Shown here piece after piece: positions 11,330 through 24,329 of a stretch of 64,000 nucleotides of DNA. Position 1 is the stretch's first letter. Each line of letters opens with the position of its first letter. The stretch is taken from NCBI RefSeq assembly GCF_036321535.1, contig NC_087436.1, positions 116,996,001-117,060,000 of the forward strand, written 5' to 3'. The notes beneath the pieces were generated by a model. The model ran no database searches. It had not been told where the DNA came from and saw nothing but the letters and a program-made list of their open reading frames with translations. Source of the DNA: Camelus dromedarius (taxonomy: Eukaryota). The translations under genes were made by a program, and so were the position numbers.

Positions 11330-12850
11330 CATTTGTTGACCCAATACCAGTTAGGACTTCATACAACTGGTCTAGCACAATATTTTGGTATAAATGTAGT
11401 TGTCCTTGCTAAGGCAGGAAGGAACACTTGTTAAGCAGTCACATGGCCACACTTTAGGAAACAGTAAACAAAGAATGTCCAAGTGGGGACCACCAAGAAG
11501 TTATTCTTGGAGAAACAAACTGCAGCCAAGCCTTACCCTCATTCAGCTGGCATTATAATCCAGCTGGGCAAATATACACCAGACTCAGTCAGTAGACTGG
11601 CAAGAGCTAGTTTCAGCCACATACACTCTTGCTGCAGTTTGCCTTCACTTGGCGTGGAAATTACACACCTTCACTGACCATGCTCAAAGTTCTAAGAACT
11701 GTCCTGCCCTGACACAATGGAGCCTGCAAGGGTCATGTTTGTCCTGATACTCCAAAGGCCACCAGATTGCTCCATAATGCTAATGGCATTATTTGCTCGG
11801 ACCTGTTGAACAACAAGAAGCAAGCATCCTAGATGACTTAGCCACACAGATGAGCACCGGAAGTTGGTGAGAGCCTCCTGAAGGCTCTCCTGCCACAGCA
11901 ATGGCCTTGGCATATTAGAACACTCCCTCTCAAGTGAGGAACAAGTCACACAACCAGGATGAAGGTGGCCCAGTTCTTGGTACTTTTTAGACTTTAGAGG
12001 CAATACAGACCACATAGGGGTACCACCCAGACTCATCCACCAGGTGATCCATAAGCTTCCAAGTTAACATGGAACCCAGAGAAGGAGTACTCCACAGCAG
12101 GTCCAAGCTGCCCTGCCACGTGGGCCCCGTGACACAGCTGACTCACACTGGAGTTGTCTGTGGGTAACAGACGTTGTAAAGTGCCTTGTACGGTCCTAGT
12201 GAGAAAATCACAATTCCTAAGGGACTGAAGTGAGGCCGTGCCCTATTCTCCTCAATAATTGCTTCTGGATTGCTCTTTGGCTCTGGTAGAAGCCAGAGCC
12301 TCACAGTAGGACACTGCATGACCATAAGGTTTGATGGATCAGATATTTCCATCATGAACTGGGTTTCTTGGGCCACAAAGTTAGGCAAGCACCACAATGT
12401 AGCATCACAAAGTATGATAATGAAGACCAAGTATGAATAACTCCAGAGGTACAGCACAGGGCATGAGCAGGTGGTTGGGAATCCCATGGCACCCTCTTCT
12501 GTTGATGCAGCAGCTCTCAACCCACCCAACTCTGAGGTGTTTACAATTAACCCAAGAGGAAAGGTGCAAACCTAGGTTATAGATGGATGCACAGACTACG
12601 CTGGGGAGCAGTCACATGGCCCTAGTCAGTGGAAGGCCCGAAAGGGAATGGGAGGTAAGAAGCCCTCCCAGCAGGCAGATTTTCAGGCAGCTTTGCCCAC
12701 TTTGCATGAAACAAGGTTGACAATCTATTTTTGTGGAGAGTAACCAATAAGTGGTCTGGTGGGCAGAGACATAAGATGGAAGACATGAGCCAGTCTCTCA
12801 GGCTACCCATCCTTGCGCAACAAGGGACCATGGAGGCAGGAATGAAGGCT
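11330..12850 (+). mobile_element. Decayed ERVL/MaLR-type internal sequence
   Basis: Degenerate pol-like phrases typical of ancient class III ERV internals; no intact frame; recognised by eye. Confidence 0.45.
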
Positions 12851-13130
12851 GTCCAGGGCGGGTTCCCTGGAAAGCAGAGGGGTACCTGCAGGAAACTTAT
12901 TAGAGAGTCCCCTTGAGGCTACCCCCTGTGGAAGGGAAGGAAGCAGGATCAGGCAGAGGGAGAGGTTGAACATGACACAGTCTCAGAAAGGCTCAGCCAA
13001 CCCCACGGGGCACACTAAAGCTAGGATGGCCCTTCATGGCATACCAAGTTAGGATGGGAGGACCAGCTGTCATACCCCTGCACTGATCATGGACTGGCTG
13101 TGGGTTGGGCACAGTGCCCAGGAGGAGGGG
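12850..13130 (-). mobile_element. ERVL-class LTR fragment (LTR16/LTR33-like)
   Basis: TGTCCAGGGCGGGTTCCCTGGAAAGCAGAG...AAGGAAGCAGGATCAGGCAGAGGGAGAGGTTGAAC resembles the antisense end of these LTRs. Confidence 0.55.
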
Positions 13131-13835
13131 GGAGGACAGGATGGCATCCAAGACATATACAATGGAGGGTTGATATCCGATGCCTCTCTGCCAGCAGCCT
13201 TTCCAAAAGTGGAGGCAAAAAGATTTTCATTGCTGAAGAGGGGTCTGGGCAGCACATGACGGTGCCTACTTTGCTCTGCTTGGGCCTCACAGCATGAGGT
13301 CCCTGCTCCATGCACAACTTGGTAAGGACTCAGTGCTCTGATGTCTGGGGTCCTGGCAGCCTCACTGAGAATGTAAGAGGGTTCCCTGGATCTGTTTCTC
13401 CAGCCTTGTTCCTGAAGGGTGCAGTCATGACAGAGAATTCTAGAGCTGCGTAGTCAGTTCTAGGTCTTTCTGTACCTATGAATGAAGGACCAGCATGGCA
13501 GCCTGGTGTTCTACTCAGGTCTCTCCCCAAGGTCCACTCCCCAGGTCTCCCCCAGGAAGAGTTCCTGAGCCTGCAGCCTGTGGCCCTGCTAAACAACTTG
13601 ATAAAAAGGGATGTTCTTCAAACAAGAACAGAATGTGCCCTGCAGTCCTGCTGGTCTCTAGCTTCAGCAGCGTTTGGACGGAACGGAACCAGGGACACTT
13701 TCTTCCCAGCCTCTGACCAACCTCCAAGCTCTTTTCCACTCACAACCTTCAGAATCATTTTCTCAGCCATCGTCCAGGCAACACCACTTTTTGAGCGTAG
13801 CTCTTATATTGCCAATCAACCATGATTCATCATAA

Positions 13836-14492
13836 TGTAACAGAGCAGGACCTCATGGGGCCTACTTGGGACAGACTCCCTGTGCCACCCCCAACCACGA
13901 CCTCCCCCTGCCTCTTGTTTGTAGAAAAGCTTTAGTCTCCCAGGCCTCTGCTGAGTCACAAAATTTAGCTCAAGAATAAACAACTGGAAGAATGTGAACA
14001 TGTAGTGACAAGTAGCATTTGGGCGGGGAGAACTGGTAACAATTTAAACAATGCACCAATCAGACAGCAATCACGGAATCTTTAGTGCCTCCCTGATGGA
14101 CATAGATAACACTGTCTGGTGCACATTCCTAGGTTGCTTTTACAGATACTAAAACCCCTACCAGACGGGAGAAGTCAACGCTATGATGACCTTGAGCATG
14201 TAGCCCCCAGACTGGCTGGAGCCTGAGGATCATGTCAGTCCCCGTGATGCCACCAGGAACCAATCAGAATTGTGCACAAGCTGATCCTGCACCCTGAGAC
14301 TCCCCTTCCTCACATTGCCTTAAGCCATGTTTCCCTGAAACCCTTTGCAGGCTTGTGGAAGTTGAGCGTCAGCTGCTCAGACTTCTTGTTGGCCCTGCGT
14401 AAACACGGCGCTTTCCCTCAGCACAGCCCTTGTTGTCACTAGATGGCTCTGCTCTCCCACACACAGTAAAGCTAGTGTTTAGTTCTGTGACA
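13836..14492 (+). mobile_element. Solo ERV1-class LTR
   Basis: Termini TGTAACAGAG...TTCTGTGACA form an imperfect inverted repeat; flanks ATAA/ATAG; related to the LTR at 28225-28766. Confidence 0.75.
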
Positions 14493-17400
14493 ATAGTTAC
14501 CCCAGGTGGAGGCCTCCATCCACCACTTGATCTGCCTTTATCTGGGAACCTCCTCTCTCTCTGGGCTTCTATTTTGACCCCCATGATGTGGCTCTGGAGG
14601 GCTTGGGACACTTCTGTAAACTGGCTGAAAACTGTGAGGATGCCGAGCATCTCTTGAAGATGCAAAGCCAACACAGAGGCCATACCCTATCCAGGACATG
14701 CAGAAACCATCCCAAGGTGAGTGGGCATCCCTGGATGCCCCGGAGCTGCTGTAGCCTTGAAGAAAAACCTGAAACAGGGTCTTTTGTCTGCCCATGCAGA
14801 CACCCATCTCTGACTTCCTGGAGAGCCACTCCCTTAATGAGGACTTGAAACCCACTAAGAAGATGGGCAGTCACCTGACTAGCCTCTGCAAGCCGGACAG
14901 CCCCCAGGATGGGCTGGGTGAGTTTCTTTGAAAGGCTCATCCTCAGGCACCACTAAGAGAGTCCAGAGTCCAGGGGCCTTTGAGGGGCCCCTCTGGCACC
15001 CCCTGGTGTAAGGGCTTCTGCCTGAGCCTCTCTGTGCACCCACTAGGCAGCTTTTTAACCACCCTGAAGCTCCCTCCCAAGCCATGGACCAAATGGAAAC
15101 AAAGCCTTTTGTGGCCAAAAAAAGAATGTTACTAGAACAGAGTCATACCAAGGTTGGCGTGGCCTTTACATACATTCTAGAGTACATAGCGAACACATCT
15201 GAGAAAGAGGAACTGTACCCACGCATGTCATTCCTCACCTGTGTGAGCGAGCTGATGGGGGCACGACCCCAGGCCTGCAACCACAGGGGCTCTTATCCCA
15301 ACTGCACTCCCACTGAATGAGTGACTTGGTACAGAGCCGGTAGGCATTGCCCAGCTAAGTACAGGAGCAGCCTTCCCACTTCCAGGGAGGAATGATCTGG
15401 AGCCCTGAGGTGACTACCTCTGCTAGGAGACTAGCGTTCTCAGGCAGGGCCACCCCCTGACGGACTGGTGACCAGCACAGTACTGTGGCCCCACTTTTAT
15501 AGGTCCAAGGCTTTTCCAGAAGCCATAGCTGCCACCTAAACTCAATTTGCTACTGAAGCCTGGGTGCTGGAGTCATAACTCAAATGTTTGCCAGGATCTT
15601 CGCACTGTTCATCCCATCCCTTCATGCAAAGAGGCCCCAATCTCACACTCTTTTAAGGCCTGGATCTGGGGTTTACATCAGCCATCCACCCCCAACCTAG
15701 AAGGATCCCACGATCCCCTCCGCACTTATGTGCCACAGATCTGTGGTCTTGAAGCTCACGTACCCAGCAGGTCTATTCTGATACCTGGTCTAGGCTGACA
15801 CAGGCTTGTCTGAAAAATGCATCTCATTCTGTCATCTCATAGAACCATTTTCTGGCAAACTACGGACTCAGCATTCCATATCTTAAGTCTATTTAGTGTG
15901 AAAAGCCTGATATGTGAACCAGATCTGTGCAGAGAGAATAATGAGTCAGCATGCAAGCCTTGGGCCTGTATGAATGGAATTCTGTAACTGATTAATAAGA
16001 ATGGAGGCCTCAGCTCATTTTTTCAAAGCGGGTCACACATCTTCACTGCTGACCACAGAAGCCATGTGTATGTACCCTGTGCAAAGAAGCAAAGTGTGTG
16101 CTCGGGGGTAGCTTGCAGTCTTCTCCATGAAATGCAAATGGTATGTATGCCTCATTTCTCCCACTGGTGCCTTCTAAAATGCTCAGTAAACATTAGGTTA
16201 AAACCCATTAAATCTTGTGAGTATGGTTTTCAGTCCAAACCCACGGTCACTTCTGGTGGCAGTCCACTAGGGTCCTTCCCCTATACTAAGTCAAATATCA
16301 CTCTGGGAAAAGGCATGCACCAATGAGCCCAGAAGACTCAAGTGTTTAAGAGGCATAATGTTCTTCCACCAAAGCCTAAATGATACGTGGAGCCAATGAA
16401 TCCACTAAAAAAACTCAGAAGGATGCCATCCTTGATTCCAACCTCGTCCATCATTCCTCAGTAGACTGTCTTGGCTGCCATTTCACTCCTCTGGGAGCAC
16501 CGTCATGAGATGCCACCTGGTGGCATTAAGGCACACAGGTTTAGAAGCTGGAAGTCCTTGTAAACTGAGGACAGTCAGTAGTGTCAAGTCCCAACCACGG
16601 CGGACTTTGTACCATTTGGCCGTCCAAAGACCTCAATACTCGGGAACACTTTAAGAACTTCTAAAGATTAATCTACCACTTAATTAAAAATCACGTAAAT
16701 CTTGGGTTTTGAAATGTTGAAAAAGTCATCTCACCAGAGGAAGTGTGGCTATAGAAAGGCCATGCTTTAAGACAGTCTAGTACCATAGCTGGGGAAGAAA
16801 TCCTTGACTCGTGCTAACAGGAAATACACCTTCAAAAGACTCACGGCCCACAGGCAGATAGGGGCAGAGCTGGCTGATCCAGATTCTCAGAGTATCTTGA
16901 AGCCTAGGAAGTGGCCTCACTTTAAGGTGGAGAAAGATGTTACAGACAATCGCCAGTAGAACTGACCAAGCCACAGTAAGATGGCCCAGACAGATCAGAA
17001 ATACTGGACAAAAGGCAACATTTCTTCCAACTCTGAATTATGATAAATTCTGTTTCATACTTGTATTAGAAAACTTAGCTTTTAGATGAAAGGGAGGGGT
17101 GGCTAAAGACAATGGCAGGTGTCTAGGTCCAAGTCTCTCAATATTTCCTTCAAAACCAACACAGGAGTGAAACACAAAAAAATCATATCCTGAAAATAAC
17201 TTGAGGAAAGACTGGGTCCAAGCCGATTTTAAAAACAATAAAGTCAGAAAGCAATCTCTCATGGCACCACCCTACAAGCCTCTACAATGAGCAGGTGCAG
17301 AGAACCAGGGGGAAGAGGGAACTGGTGAAAGGCCCAAGGTTGATATAAAACCACCACCAGAAAGTAGATGTCCACCCTATCACCGTACTTAGGTCGCCCG

Positions 17401-17999
17401 ACAGATTAAAGCACAGTCAACTGTATGTATGATGACTTGAAGGGTGATTCTTCTCATAAGGTCTAGGTTCTGGAGGAGATGCAAGAAGAAAAGAGGCACT
17501 ATTTGGCAATTGAGTGATAATGGAGGAAAAAAGAATCAAAATCAAGTCAGAAAAGACCTTCCAAATCTCCCATAGTCATGAGTGTAACACTCCAGCAGCT
17601 ATAGAAGTTGATTTTCTGGGCTATTTGTTGCCTCCTGCTCGGCTGGAGGTAGACTCAGCCTTATGGTTTTTGGAGATACTGCCCCAGGGTACAGGGACTC
17701 AATTCTTCATTCATTAGGTTGCCCATGATCCAAGGATTCATCACATTCTCTGTACTCAGACTCCTGATAGCATATGCCTTTGTACAAAACATCGAGATTA
17801 ACATAGCAGATTTAGAAATGCTGGATTGTTCCATCAGAAGGAATAGAAAGTTTCTAGAAGTCAGTCCTTACCCTAACACTCCAAGAGACTCCCCAAATTA
17901 GGTGTCTTCCCTTCCGAATAATTTGGCCAGAAGAAAGTTGGTGAACATTCACAGCCAAGTATCTATCTCTGACTCCATCACTCCTGGCATGAATTGGTA

Positions 18000-20900
18000 G
18001 GTTTTTTTAAACCCAATTTTAGGAAAAGAAAGATTGGTATGAGATCGGTAACAGAGAGGTACCATAGAGAATGTAGGGTGCAGAGGGCAGCAATAAAGCA
18101 AGTTCTAAGGATGGTAGCTTTCTGAGAGGATAGCCAAGATACCCCTTCAGGGAAAGATGTGAAGCCCCCAGCTGTTGGGAGTGCTAGCTCCAGATGGAAG
18201 CTCTCAGCTCTTCTAGGTACTACCTCTGTTACAGAAAGCCATCTTATCCAAGTTCAGTCCCTCTGGGGATGTCCTACATCCAGTGACTTATCAAATCAGT
18301 ATATAAATTCCAAGCCATTTCAGCCAAATATGGACCATTTATTCAGGCTACTTCTAGCCCCAGAGCTCCTGTGGGATCAACTGAAGGGTCATAAAACCCA
18401 GGAGACTGTAGTACTAGGTTTACAAGTGGTAGTAAAAAAAATGATGCCCAGTAGATACTCCAAAGTGCTTCAATGAGAAAACACAGGATCCTGGGGTTCT
18501 GGAACATGACCAAGTCATCTACAGCAGAGATATTTTTTGTAAGACAGCTCCTGGCATGAGACTGGGCCCTGGTCATGAGGAAGTGCCCAACCACAGAATA
18601 TCATGTGACTATGCAGCCGCAACTTCCCATCACTGACTGCGGTCTGTCAGACCCACTAAGCATAAGGTTGGCTGAGCTCAGAGACAATTTGTTATGCTTT
18701 GGAAGTAGAGCATATGGGGTTGAGTATGAGGTGGCCCAGAGGACACAGCTATCTTATACTTGCTATATTTAAACAGGTATATCTAAGCAGATATAACAGA
18801 CCCCCATGGCTCTCCTATTTCACTAACACCCTTCCTGTAGTTTACCCCTATACCCAAATATGGGATCTATTACAAATAGTTGAAGAAAGGAGAAAGAAGC
18901 TGAATTTAAAAATAAGTCACCTCAATATGTGGGAACAAGCTTAAGAGGGGACTGACTGCTCCAGAGCCTCACTCAAGGGTCGCCTTGAAGGACCATAGAA
19001 GGAAAAACCATCCCAATAGAGAGCACCCCCAGCAAAGTACTTGACCTTCTACTTTGCATGGAAAAAGATGTAGCCCAAGGTTAGAACACATATGGAATCA
19101 TGGGCAGTAGCAAATGGACAGAAAAGGGAAAAGACTGGAGGATTGAGGGCAAGGAAGCCCTGAGTAGAGGATAGACAGGTAGACATATGGGAGTGGTCAA
19201 AGAGTGAAAAGATCTTCACATCACATGTTAAGGTTCTCCAGAGAACCACCACCATTAACTAAGTAAGACAAACTGAGTTTGCCAGTGGAGGCCGTCTGGC
19301 CCTCATCCATGTACTCATCATGCTAACAGCCCTGGGGTGGCCAAGGATACCCAATAGCCACAGCTGCAGGCGTAGTTGCTGTCTGTGGGCTCAAAAGCAG
19401 GGGATTCCGCTTGGCATCTCCTACCCTCTCTGAATATCTGGCTTGCCAATAACAGTGGTAAGCCCTGAGCCCCTCATACAGAACATTCCTCATGTTGGCA
19501 AACCAACTGGCCACTTGGTCCCAAGTTGACTTCAGTGGGCTCCTGTTATAAGGGCCAGGGTTCGGTTCTAACAGGAAGACTAGGCACTCCTGGAAGGTAA
19601 AATTCCTGCCCATAGGTGTTTACCCTGCACCACTATTAGAGGATTTAGAGAATTGATCCAGTACGATATCCCACAATAACATCACATCAGACTAAGGCAT
19701 CCATTTCACAGTGAACAAAGTGCAGGCATGAGCCATGATCGTGGAATTCACTGACTGCATCACAGGCTACACCACTCGTCAGCTGCTGGCTCAGAATGAT
19801 CCTTCAAATGTGCCTTTTGTCAGGCTGTCTCAGAGGCAATGCTCTAAGGATGGGGCCCCATCCTCCAGGATGAATCATCCATTTTGATTCAAGTACTTTT
19901 CTATGGCACTGTCACGAATCAGAGGAATATCTGGAACCAATGGGCAGAAGTAGGAAAAAAGCCCCACTTGTCATCACACCCATGAGCCATTTGAGAAATG
20001 TCTGCTTTCCATCTATGCAACTTTCAGGACCAGGAGCTCTAAACTTGCAGGGCCCGGAAGGACAATACTATTCCCAGCAGACATTTTGCTTGGGCTCTTT
20101 GTTTCCTGGGATCAGAAGGCAAAAGAATCAACTTGTCCGAGGTATTTGACTGATCAGCAGGGAACGCAGGGTCACTGAGCCACAACGGGGGGTAGGAGAA
20201 TACATGTGGCACACAGACAACCCACTTGGGCAATTCTTGGTGCTCCTTCCCCAACTGTGTGATAAAGAGCAGCAAGCAACGTCAGCCTGAGGACACGGCA
20301 ACCAGGGGCTCTGACCTTCCAGGGATGAGAGTCTGCATTATGCCACCAGGTAAGCAAACCAGATCAAGCTTGCTAAGGGCAGTAGGAATCAATAGGATGG
20401 TGGAGGAGGTAAATGATGGAGTCACCATCATGCGATGGTGGTTATTGGTAACAATGCTGAGACCAACGAGAACAATTGAGACCAGAGTTTTTCCTTCTAA
20501 CCCCACTCTTCCCAAATTCCTCCTCACTCAGGAAGAGAGGCCTATCTGGATCTTGGAGGAACTATTTCTTGAATGTACATAAAGTAGATCTGATTTGGCC
20601 CAAAGCATGGACTGTTAGACAAAGATACAACTCCAGATCCCTTTAAGGAAAGTCCTGTCCTGACTTCCGGGAGTGCTTCAGCCCACAAGGACAGTTTCAG
20701 GGGCAGGTAGCCAACTCACCCTAGGTCATGTTCATCTGGAAACAGCACAAACTCCCCAGACTGGTCCAGGTGGGTATATAAAGCCCTGATTTGGGCCCAA
20801 CACAGGACAACTCTGATGGGCCGTGTCAACAACCAAGTCCTCCATAGGGTTGGTCACAGCTGTCAGACAAACTCAGCTTTGCATCTCAAGTTCTTCCTCT

Positions 20901-21010
20901 ACTCAGTCTGCTTCTACCCTGCCCCTTATACAAGTGTGGATCTCAAGGACAATCCCTAATGAGCACACTGTATACCACACTCTGTTGTATTGTTTCCTAG
21001 AACCTCAACA
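18000..21010 (+). mobile_element. Decayed ERVL-type internal sequence with LTR16-like segments (~18000-18400 and ~20600-21010)
   Basis: Degenerate pol/integrase-like text followed by an LTR16-like end; no intact ORF; boundaries approximate. Confidence 0.5.
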
Positions 21011-21049
21011 AGGAGCTGAGAACCATGCTGCATCCTTTGAAGATCTGAT

Positions 21050-23300
21050 CAAGTCATTTCAGACACAACAGGTCCACCACTTGGAATGACACTCCAGGAG
21101 ACCTTTACATTTGCCAAGCTATTGAGTCTCCTTCCCTACTCTAAGAATGGAAAAATACTTAATGTTATGAGGGCACATCAGTGTAATCACAACAATACAA
21201 TACTTGGATAAACCAAGTATTTCTGGACTATCCCAGAAAGACACTTGTTGGTCTCAATCTACATGCAACTTGAGTATCATCATGCTTTGCAGTCACTTCA
21301 GCGGGCCATGGTCCACATGGTCTAGAACATCCATGCAGAGCTTATAGGGCATCTGTCACAAACCTAATTTGCACAGATATCCCATGTTTTGGTTATGAGC
21401 TCATCATCCCTTAAAAATTACTGCAGGTTTCAGTAAAGGACACGTTACCTCATTTTTCCTTTAAGAAAAATGTCACCCTTGCCCCATAGAAAGGCAAAGT
21501 CTTTTTAAAATGAGGATATCTGTGAGCAGCGTGAATCTGCTCACCATCCATCTCCACTGAGTCTATCTTGGCCAGACCCATCCACAAGTGTGGGGCACCT
21601 TTCTGATGCCAGGAATGACCTGCCTGTGACTGGGCGAACCTCTCCTTGGCCCCAGTGGCAGTGCGTCTACCAGTTGTACCTAGAATCACTGATCATCTCA
21701 ACATCAGCTGTCTACAGAGATGCCTTGGACTTTATCTGCCCAGCTTTCTGGGGCTCCTTGGATCAGACATCAGCACTGGCCCTCAACAGGGCAGAAAGAC
21801 TCAGCTGTTCCCAGCTGAGCATGGTTCGAACCTCTTGGAAGTGCTGGAGAAGGCGTTCACCAGGTAGTATGGTCTGGTAGTGAAGTCGTGTCCCCCCTCC
21901 TCTTGGAGGACTTCACATCCTGGAGAAGGCTATGGGAGGTGTCCCCAGCTATGACTTTACACAGACTCCACGCTCAGTTTGGGGGCATTCCCCATGGGAC
22001 ATAACCAAAAAGGTTTTGGTTAATTCCTGCTATGCCACCAGCACATCAGCAGCACTCAGTTTTGTGGACTAAAAGATTGAATGTTATGTAGGGACATAGC
22101 TACCTTGCATCTGGTCTGTGGTAGCCCTGCGCTTTTTCCAGGGGTACCTGGAACCATGACACTGACCTTTGCCAAGACAGAAGTGCAGCTAGTGGTTTAT
22201 AGTGTTTACAATTTGAAGCATCCTGGAGATACTCTTTACTAGCTTTCCTAAGCTCTTCATAGAGAAGGTATAGATCAAGGGCCTGCACCTGGTTTATTTG
22301 GTTAACAGGCTGGTTTTGGCCACATGACCAGTAGGATATAAAAGAATCCTCAGTATATCACCTTCCTTAAAACCAAGCTCTTACATATCTGAATGGTTGT
22401 TATCTGGAAATGATCCTATGCAATAAAAAAATGACCTAGGAGATTACACCTGTGTGTTCCTTTCCCCCAAAAGTTAGTATTCCTCTTCCTTATGGGACAG
22501 GACAGGCAGGAGGTTCTGGTCATACCTAGATGCTCAGTCATTCATTCAGTCTAGGACCTACATTTCATCAAGGGCTGCAGAGAAGAGGGGAGGGAGATGA
22601 GCAGAGCCATAGTCCTTTCCACACTGACAACTTTACATGTTAACCCTCCCTGCTGGGCCCCTGCACCTTGGAATGACTCAAGGTTCTTCTGGACACAAAC
22701 CTGGCCGTGTACTGTGGACCCAGATTATGGAGATTGAGTGCACAATCTGGGTGACCCACGTAGATGTCCACAGTAAGGACATCTGATGAGTCCAAATTAA
22801 GTCACGCTGCCGGAGACCAGCTGTTCCCGATGCTCAGTTGATACCACACAAAGTACACATTCCAACCAAAAACTGCACGGAGGAGATACCCCGTCACAGG
22901 GAGCTCTGAAGTCCCCCCAACCCCATTCCTGGCAAGTTTATCAATTGGGACTTTCAAAGCCCTCTCAGGGCTGTCTGTGGTGCCTTATTGCTGTCAATTT
23001 TTAGGTTACCCATCAGCTGACTGGCCATGCCACACACTTAGGCTCTCCAGACTATTTGCACTCTGACAGTGAGGTGCGCTTATGACAGAGGCTGCTGAAG
23101 GAGCTGACAGGTTGAGTCCACTTCCCTCACCCACTCCTGGTCCACACATAACAGTAAGACAATTGGACCTTAGATGCAGCTGTCCTCAGAAAGGAGTTAA
23201 CTCCTCTTGGCAGCTTGTTGGGCAGTGATCAGGAGGAAAGGGGAGGCAGCTATGCAGACCTGCGGGGCTGTATGAGCCTACTTTGAGAATTTGGGTTTTT
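21050..23300 (+). mobile_element. Heavily decayed ERV pol-like remnant
   Basis: Scattered RT/RNase H/integrase-like fragments, e.g. TGGGTGACCCACGTAGATGTCCAC (WVTHVDVH). Confidence 0.4.
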
Positions 23301-23850
23301 GCCCAGAGCATCCCTGAGAATGATACATGTTCATTCGGCCTACCCTCCAGGTGCGCCCAAAGCAGGCCTAGGGGATTCAGACAACGCTGGTTAAGTTTCA
23401 CAGAAATGCTTTTATTCCTCTTGTACCCAGCCCTCCTGGATGAAAGGTCTGAGTAGCTTAGGGGGATGATTGGGAAAGAAGGTAAATTTGCAGCTGCTGG
23501 AACGGAACCCTGATTTTGTGATAGTGGAAGGAAAATAAAAATCCAGACACCCAGGAGGGATCATCTCAGACCCTGGGAGGTGAAGGCAAGGGGCAGCCAG
23601 GATCATCTTTCAGAGCTTCACCAGAAACACACAGCAGGCAGCTCTTCCCAGCTGCCGCGAGCACTGTGAATTTCACCAGCCTGTCATCCCCTAGCAGGAA
23701 GCCCTGACTGCGGACAGCAAGGCGCGATCCCAGCTGCTGAACCTTTCAGGAAAGGGGCACCTTTAGATGCCACTCCCGCCTCCAGGTCAGTCCTTGAGGT
23801 GGATGAAGACAAGGACTGGAGTCTGTTGCCCCCACTGGGACTCCAGAGCT

Positions 23851-23900
23851 GACCAGCTGGTGGGTGACCAGCTGGGAGACCAGCTGAGGGACCAGCTGGG
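23851..23900. repeat. Short tandem repeat, 4 x GACCAGCTG with 12-15 bp period
   Basis: Units start at 23851, 23866, 23878 and 23890. Confidence 0.85.
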
Positions 23901-24102
23901 TGAAGAGGAAGGCTCTTGCTGCACTTTCTGACTAAAGTATTTCCCACCTGGGGGCAGGGAAAGTCTGTAAACAGTGACTGTTTCCAGGGACAACATGCAA
24001 GTGCTCAGGATTCAGTTACTTATGTGAGAGGAGGGTATTAGCTTGCTTCCCTCACGAAAACAGTTTGCCCTAAATATACGTATGTATCCCAGCCTCCTAA
24101 TC

Positions 24103-24329
24103 TGGGATTAACAGATGCCCGCTACTATATATAAAACAGATAAAACGACAAGGTGCTCCTGTGTAGCACAGAGAACTACGTTCAATTTCTTGTAACGAGC
24201 TATAATGGAACAGAATCTGAAAATATACTTATGCATGTATGTATATGTATAACTGAATCACTTTGCTGTACATCTGAAACTAACATTGTAAATCAACCAC
24301 ACTTCAATAAAAAAAATAAAATTAAAAAA
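24103..24329 (+). mobile_element. 5'-truncated L1 3' tail, cetartiodactyl type
   Basis: GGGATTAACAGATG...TAGCACAGAGAACTA...GAATCACTTTGCTGTACATCTGAAACTAAC...AATAAA plus A-rich tail. Confidence 0.85.
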
